Shown: positions 59,119 to 64,000 of the stretch, in pieces
Numbering within the stretch: position 1 is the first letter of the stretch
Layout: every line of letters starts with the position of its first letter
NCBI GenBank assembly: GCA_047602405.1
Contig: JASGHJ010000002.1
Coordinates: 1,120,001 to 1,184,000, forward strand
Source: Anaeromyxobacteraceae bacterium
Lineage (GTDB): Bacteria > Myxococcota > Myxococcia > Myxococcales > Anaeromyxobacteraceae
Length of the DNA: 64,000 nucleotides
Direction: 5' to 3'
Made by a program: the position numbers and the translations under genes
The notes under the pieces: generated by a model
What the model was told of the DNA's origin: nothing
The model's database searches: none
What the model saw: only the letters and a program-made list of their open reading frames with translations

Positions 59119-60062
59119 CGCTGCTTCCTCCCTGGACCGTGCGTGGCGCGGGGGCTGCGCTGGCCCCGAGCGCTCCGCGGGGCCGCGCCGACCGCACCCA
59201 CGAGCTCCAGCACCTGCACGAACGACGAGATCGCGACCGGCCAGCGCGCGGGCGTCTCCTCGGCCACGTGGCGCTTCGTCACCGACGCGGCCGAGATGAT
59301 GGCGAGCCGGTCGCGGTACTCCCACGAGACGTAGGTCCCGTACTCGGCCCAGATCCCGGCGACGCCGCACGCCTTCGCGGCGGGCATGTCCTTCTTCACG
59401 TTGTCGCCGACGTAGACCACGTCGCGCGGCGCGAAGGAGAAGTCCTCGAGGATGCGCCGGAGCCCCGCGGGGTTCGGCTTCTCGGCCTCGTGGGGCAGCT
59501 CGACGACCGGCGTCTTCGACCGGTAGTGCCCCGCCTCCTGCCGCCGGCGGATCTCCGGGTCGACGTTCTCGGGCAGGGGGTAGCCGGGCAGCGTGTAGAG
59601 CGCGTCGAAGTGGCCGTCGAGCTTCAGGTGCTTGAGGCGCAGCTCCGCGGCGTTCCGCGGCGCGTCGCTGAGGCCGATGACGGCGACGCCTCGCCGGCGG
59701 AGCTCGTCGAGCGTCTCGCGGACGCCGGGGTAGGGGCGCAGGTAGCGCTCCCGGGCGGCGGCGAACGCCTTCCGGGCCGGGTCGAGCACGAGCGCGCGGA
59801 AGGAGTCGAAGTCGGCCTCGTACGGCTTGAAGAGCTCCGACTCCTGGATGGCGAACGGGTACTCGTTCGACTCGTAGCGGGCGTACACCGCCTTCAGCGA
59901 CTGGACGATGCGGACGCGCGGGAGCCCGGTCGTCGCCTCGAGCGAGGCGACCATGGCCTCGAGGCAGGGGACGATGTAGTCGACCCACGGGTACAGCGTG
60001 TTGTCGAGGTCCGTGACGACGGCCCGGATGCGCGGCGCTCTGGTCGGCACGGGGCGCACCAT
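59115..60062 (-). CDS. HAD-superfamily hydrolase
   Basis: DLDNTL, PYPGV, KPNP, YVGDN..KD. Confidence 0.9.
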   Translation of the reverse strand: MVRPVPTRAPRIRAVVTDLDNTLYPWVDYIVPCLEAMVASLEATTGLPRVRIVQSLKAVYARYESNEYPFAIQESELFKPYEADFDSFRALVLDPARKAFAAARERYLRPYPGVRETLDELRRRGVAVIGLSDAPRNAAELRLKHLKLDGHFDALYTLPGYPLPENVDPEIRRRQEAGHYRSKTPVVELPHEAEKPNPAGLRRILEDFSFAPRDVVYVGDNVKKDMPAAKACGVAGIWAEYGTYVSWEYRDRLAIISAASVTKRHVAEETPARWPVAISSFVQVLELVGAVGAAPRSARGQRSPRATHGPGRKQR

Positions 60063-60119
60063 ACCGCGAATCCTCCCGTCCCGGACCGGACTCCAAGGCC
60101 CAGGGAAGCGGAAGGGACG

Positions 60120-60161
60120 GGGACGAGGCAGGGACGAGGCAGGGACGAAGCAGGGACGAAG
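60120..60161. repeat. 11-bp tandem direct repeat GGGACGA(G/A)GCA, about 3.8 copies
   Basis: Units at 60120, 60131, 60142 and 60153, in the divergent HAD/ECF intergenic region. Confidence 0.85.
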
Positions 60162-60236
60162 AGAGGTCTGGGGATGCTGCTCGAGGTTGCCCTCCCGGGG
60201 TCGTCCCGGTTACTGCTCGACGGAGGAGGCCTCCTG

Positions 60237-60818
60237 GTGCCAGAGCCGACCCCCGACGCAGCCCTGCTCGCGCGCTCCGCCGAGGGCGACCGCGCCGCGT
60301 TCGAGACGCTCGTGGACCGCCACGGCGACGCCATGTACCGCCTCGCCGTCCGGACCTGCGGGGCGGGGCGCGAGGCCGACGACGCCGTGCAGGACGCGCT
60401 CCTCGCCGCGTGGCGGGCGGCCGGCACCTTCCGGGGGCAGAGCGCGGTCCGCACCTGGCTCCTGCAGGTCGTCGTGAACGCCTGCCACCGCCGGCACCGC
60501 CTGCGCGCCGGCCAGCCCAGCCACCCGGCCTCCGTCGAGGAGGCCGCGCTCGTGCCCGCGCCGGAGACCGGCCCGGAGGAGCGCACGGCGGCGCGCGAGG
60601 TCGGGCGGGCCATCGACGCCGCGCTCGCCGCGATGGCGCCCGAGGCGCGGGAGGTGCTCGTGCTGCGCGACGTCGAGGGGCTCTCGGGCGAGGAGACCGC
60701 GGAGGCGCTCGGCCTCGAGCTCGCCGCCATGAAGAGCCGGCTGCACCGCGCCCGGCTCGAGCTGAAGCAGAGGGTGGAGGCCGTGCTGGGCCACCCGGTC
60801 GAGGAGGTGGTCCCGTGA
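60237..60818 (+). CDS. ECF sigma factor (sigma70 group 4)
   Basis: GDRAAFE.LV.RH, DAVQD..L.AWR....FRG.S..RTWL, LRDVEGLS..E.A, KSRLHRAR. Confidence 0.93.
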   Translation: MPEPTPDAALLARSAEGDRAAFETLVDRHGDAMYRLAVRTCGAGREADDAVQDALLAAWRAAGTFRGQSAVRTWLLQVVVNACHRRHRLRAGQPSHPASVEEAALVPAPETGPEERTAAREVGRAIDAALAAMAPEAREVLVLRDVEGLSGEETAEALGLELAAMKSRLHRARLELKQRVEAVLGHPVEEVVP

Positions 60819-61087
60819 GCGCCACGAACGCCGGCCTGACCTGCGAGGAGGTCCTCGCGCTCCTCTCCGACTACCTCGACGGCGAACTGTCCCCGGTCGA
60901 CCTCGGCAAGGTCGAGGCCCACCTCTCGGCGTGCGACGGCTGCACGAAGTTCGGCGGCCAGTTCCGGGCCACGGTGGGCGCCCTGAGGAGCCACCTCCGC
61001 TCCGCCGCGGGCCCGCGCCTCCCGGACCGCATCCGAGCCCGGCTGGACGCCCTGCTGGCCGAGAAGCCGAAGGCCCCGAAAGAGTAG
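60815..61087 (+). CDS. Zinc-binding anti-sigma factor (zf-HC2/ZAS)
   Basis: C......LSDYLDGEL...HLSACDGC; coupled to the ECF gene. Confidence 0.92.
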   Translation: MSATNAGLTCEEVLALLSDYLDGELSPVDLGKVEAHLSACDGCTKFGGQFRATVGALRSHLRSAAGPRLPDRIRARLDALLAEKPKAPKE

Positions 61088-61138
61088 GGGAAACGGCGGG
61101 GGTGCGTTCGGACGCCCCACCCGTGTACCATCCGGCCC

Positions 61139-62743
61139 GTGACCACGGCGGATCGGTACGCACTCCTCGCGAAGCTCCCCGACGCTGGCCCCTACACCCG
61201 CTACCTCGCCATCGAGCGCGGCGCGGTCCCGCGCGCGGTCGTCGTCTCGCAGGCCCCGGCGTCGGTGTCCGACGACCCCGCGAAGCTCGACGCGCTCGTG
61301 CGCGACGCCGAGGCCGCGGCCCGCCTGCGCCACGCCCACGTGCTGCCCTCGCTCGGGCTCGAGACGGTCGGCGACGGCACCGCGCTCGTCGAGGCCTACC
61401 GCGCCGGCGTCACGCTCCGCGAGCTCCTCGCGGCGGGCGGCCGGTTGCCCGCTCCGGTCGCCGGGCGCATCGCCGCCGACGTGTGCGCGGCGCTCGGGAA
61501 GATCCACGCGTTCCAGACCGGCGACGGCCGGCCGCTCGTGCACGGACACGTGGGCGCGGAGCACGTCTGGATCGCCGACGGGGGCGAGGCGCTCCTCTGC
61601 GGCCTCGGGACGGGCGGCGGGGGCAGCGCCGTCGAGGACGTCCGGGGCGCGGCGGCGGTGCTCGGCGAGTGCCTCTCCGGCGAGCCCGTCGGCGAGCGCT
61701 TCGACGCGCCCGGCGTGCCGCCCGGGGTCGCCTCGGTGGTGAGCCGCTACCGCAGCGCCGCGTCCGCGGTGCTCGGGCCGGCCGCGCTCGGCGAGGCCGT
61801 CGCCGCCGCCATGAAGCCCGGCCTCGCCGGACGTGACGCGGTCGCCGCGTGGGTCGACCAGGTCCTCCCGCACGCGCAGGGCATCCGCGCCGAGCGCGCG
61901 CAGCTCCTCGAGGACGCGCTCGGGCCGGAGGCGCGCTTCGGCGGCGCCGCGGCCGGCTCGCGCGGCAAGCAGAAGGAGGCGGACCGGCCGACGCCCGCGC
62001 CGATCCCGCACGACGACCACGAGCAGGACGACGAGCTGCCCGCGGAGGAGATCGCGGTCGACCAGATCATCGACACGGCGTCGCTCCGGGCGAAGACCGT
62101 CCCCATGCTCCGCGCCGTCACCGACGAGGACATCCTCGCGATGGCCGTGGAGCCGACGCCGGTCGCGGTGCCGGCCCCGTCGCCCGCCGCCACCCCGCCC
62201 GACGCCGCGCGCGCGTTCCCCGCGCCGGCCGCCCCCGCCGCGAGCCGGGGGCGCTTCCTCGCGCTCGTGGCGGCCGCCTTCGCGCTCGTGGGGTTCCTGG
62301 GTGGCTTCGCGTTCTCGCGCGCGGGGTCCCCGCCGCCTCCGCCCCGGTCCGCGTCGGTCTCGGCCGCTGCCCCCGCGGCGCCGTCCACCCCCGCGCGCCC
62401 CGCGCCTGCGCCCGAGCCGCCCCCGGCGCCGAAGGCGGTGCCCGCGGCCGCGAAGCGCCCGGCCTCCCCGCCCGCCCGCCGTGCGGCGGCGCCTGCGCCG
62501 GCCCCCGCCCCGTCTCCGGGAAGCTCCGACCGCGAGCACGTCCTCGGCGGGCTGCTCACCGTCACCGCGCCGGACGGCGCGAGCGTGCTCCTCGACGGCA
62601 AGCCCCTCGGCACCGGGTCCTTGAAGAAGACCATCCCGGCCGGCAACCACCGCGTGGAGGTGCAGTTCCGCGGGGCGCAGGTGGGGGAGGACTTCGAGAT
62701 GCTGTCGGGCGGGACCTACGAGTACCAGGTCCGGGCGAAGTGA
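61139..62743 (+). CDS. Degenerate Ser/Thr kinase-like (pseudokinase) membrane protein with C-terminal PEGA-like domain
   Basis: A.AAARLRH.HV; LVHGHVGAEHV in place of HRD.P.N; CGLG in place of DFG; then TM, Pro/Ala linker and GLLTV..P.GASV.LDG..LG. Confidence 0.75.
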   Translation: MTTADRYALLAKLPDAGPYTRYLAIERGAVPRAVVVSQAPASVSDDPAKLDALVRDAEAAARLRHAHVLPSLGLETVGDGTALVEAYRAGVTLRELLAAGGRLPAPVAGRIAADVCAALGKIHAFQTGDGRPLVHGHVGAEHVWIADGGEALLCGLGTGGGGSAVEDVRGAAAVLGECLSGEPVGERFDAPGVPPGVASVVSRYRSAASAVLGPAALGEAVAAAMKPGLAGRDAVAAWVDQVLPHAQGIRAERAQLLEDALGPEARFGGAAAGSRGKQKEADRPTPAPIPHDDHEQDDELPAEEIAVDQIIDTASLRAKTVPMLRAVTDEDILAMAVEPTPVAVPAPSPAATPPDAARAFPAPAAPAASRGRFLALVAAAFALVGFLGGFAFSRAGSPPPPPRSASVSAAAPAAPSTPARPAPAPEPPPAPKAVPAAAKRPASPPARRAAAPAPAPAPSPGSSDREHVLGGLLTVTAPDGASVLLDGKPLGTGSLKKTIPAGNHRVEVQFRGAQVGEDFEMLSGGTYEYQVRAK

Positions 62744-62801
62744 CCGCCCCGCGGCGTCAGCGGCCGGGCCAGCAGCTCAGACAGCAAGCTCGGCCAGCGA
62801 C

Positions 62802-64000
62802 TCAGCCGCGCGCCGCCGCGTCCAGGATCGCCCGCACGCGCTCGAGCAGCGCGCGCGCGGTGAACGGCTTCGCGAGGAACTCGACGCCGGGCGCGAGCAC
62901 CCCGCGCGTCGCGATCGCGTCGGCGGTGTAGCCCGACACGTACAGCACCGGCAGCCCGGGGCGCGCCGAGCGCAGCGCCTGGGCGACGTCGCGGCCGCCG
63001 ACCCCGGGCAGCACCACGTCGGTGACGACGAGGTCGAGCCGGCCGCCCCGCGCGAGCTCGATGGCCTCCTGGCCCTGGCTCGCGACGAGCACCTGGTAAC
63101 CGGCCCCGCGGAGCACGCGGACGGTGAGGCTCCGGACGAGCGCGTCGTCCTCGACCACGAGCACGGTCTCGGTGCCGCGGCGCGGGTTCGCGAGGGGGTT
63201 CTCGGCCACCGGCGCCGGCGTGGGGCTGCCGGTCCGCGGGAACCGAATCTCGAAGGTGGTGCCGCGGCCGGGCGTGGAGTCGACGGAGATGTGGCCGCCC
63301 GCCTGGTCGACGATGCCGTACACGGTGGCGAGCCCGAGGCCGGTGCCGGCGCCCGGGCCCTTCGTCGTGAAGAACGGCTCGAAGAGGTGCTCCTTCACCT
63401 CCGGCGCCATGCCGGTGCCGGTGTCGCGCACCGCGAGCGCCACCCAGGCGCCGTGGCGCTGCCGCGCGTCGGCCTCGTGGGCCTCCACGTTGCGCACCGC
63501 GATGGCGAGCCGGCCGCCGCCGGGCATCGCGTCGCGCGCGTTCACGGCGAGGTTCATCAGCACCTGCTCGAGCTGGCCGGGGTCGGCGTGCACGGGCCAC
63601 ACGCCGGGCACGGTCGAGACCGAGAGCTCCACGTCCTCGCCGAGGACGCGGCGGAGGAGCTTCTCGGCCTTCTTCACCACCTCGCCGAGGTCGAGCGCCA
63701 CGGGCGCGATGACCTGCTTGCGGGCGAAGGCGAGGAGCTGGCGGGTGAGGTCGCGGGCGCGCTCGCCGGCCGCGTGGATCGCCTCGACGTCCTCGACGTT
63801 CGGGGCCAGGCCGCGCGCGGCGGCCGCCTTGAGCTCGGAGGAGCAGGTGAGGATGACGGTGAGGAGGTTGTTGAAGTCGTGCGCGACGCCGCCGGCGAGC
63901 CGCCCGATGGCCTCCATCTTCTGGGCCTGGCGCAGCTGCGCCGCGAGGCGGTCGCGCTCCGCCTGCGCCTGCTTGATGGCGCCGATGTCGCGGGTGATGG
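62802..64000 (-). CDS. Hybrid sensor histidine kinase / response regulator (5' part outside the window)
   Basis: QAQKMEAIGRLAGGVAHDFNNLL, NLAVNARDAM, DTGTGM, FEPFFTTK, GTGLGL, receiver VEDD..DVVLP..KPF. Confidence 0.95.
   Translation of the reverse strand, partial: ITRDIGAIKQAQAERDRLAAQLRQAQKMEAIGRLAGGVAHDFNNLLTVILTCSSELKAAAARGLAPNVEDVEAIHAAGERARDLTRQLLAFARKQVIAPVALDLGEVVKKAEKLLRRVLGEDVELSVSTVPGVWPVHADPGQLEQVLMNLAVNARDAMPGGGRLAIAVRNVEAHEADARQRHGAWVALAVRDTGTGMAPEVKEHLFEPFFTTKGPGAGTGLGLATVYGIVDQAGGHISVDSTPGRGTTFEIRFPRTGSPTPAPVAENPLANPRRGTETVLVVEDDALVRSLTVRVLRGAGYQVLVASQGQEAIELARGGRLDLVVTDVVLPGVGGRDVAQALRSARPGLPVLYVSGYTADAIATRGVLAPGVEFLAKPFTARALLERVRAILDAAARG

Overview
Very GC-rich bacterial chromosome segment. 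Gene content and codon use suggest an Anaeromyxobacter-like member of Myxococcota (inference). From left to right it holds: UdgX, NUDIX and a TetR-MFP-RND efflux operon; a complete A/V-type ATP synthase operon (H-I-K-E-C-F-A-B-D); redox, stress and metal genes (SufS-like enzyme, Hsp20, GMC oxidase, thioredoxin-like protein, molybdopterin oxidoreductase, pirin, TMEM175, OxyR, CopA with a divergent CorE-like Cys-rich ECF sigma); a C39 peptidase coupled to a small Gly-Gly precursor; a 29-CxxCH lipoprotein cytochrome; a PHI-1/EXORDIUM-like lipoprotein behind an FNR-type box; small detox genes; tRNA-Asn; a 68-bp REP-like tandem repeat; a DUF222-like/HNH nuclease; an ECF/anti-sigma pair; a pseudokinase; and a partial hybrid histidine kinase. 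Best leads: (1) the DUF222-like/HNH locus, where a 16-bp palindrome occurs twice upstream and once inside the CDS, next to a PafBC/RecA-NDp-like promoter; (2) the C39 plus GG-precursor pair; (3) all four frameshifts I found, and several rare-codon substitutions, sit at or beside GATC sites, suggesting a methylation footprint in the assembly. All calls come from reading motifs by eye; no database searches were run.
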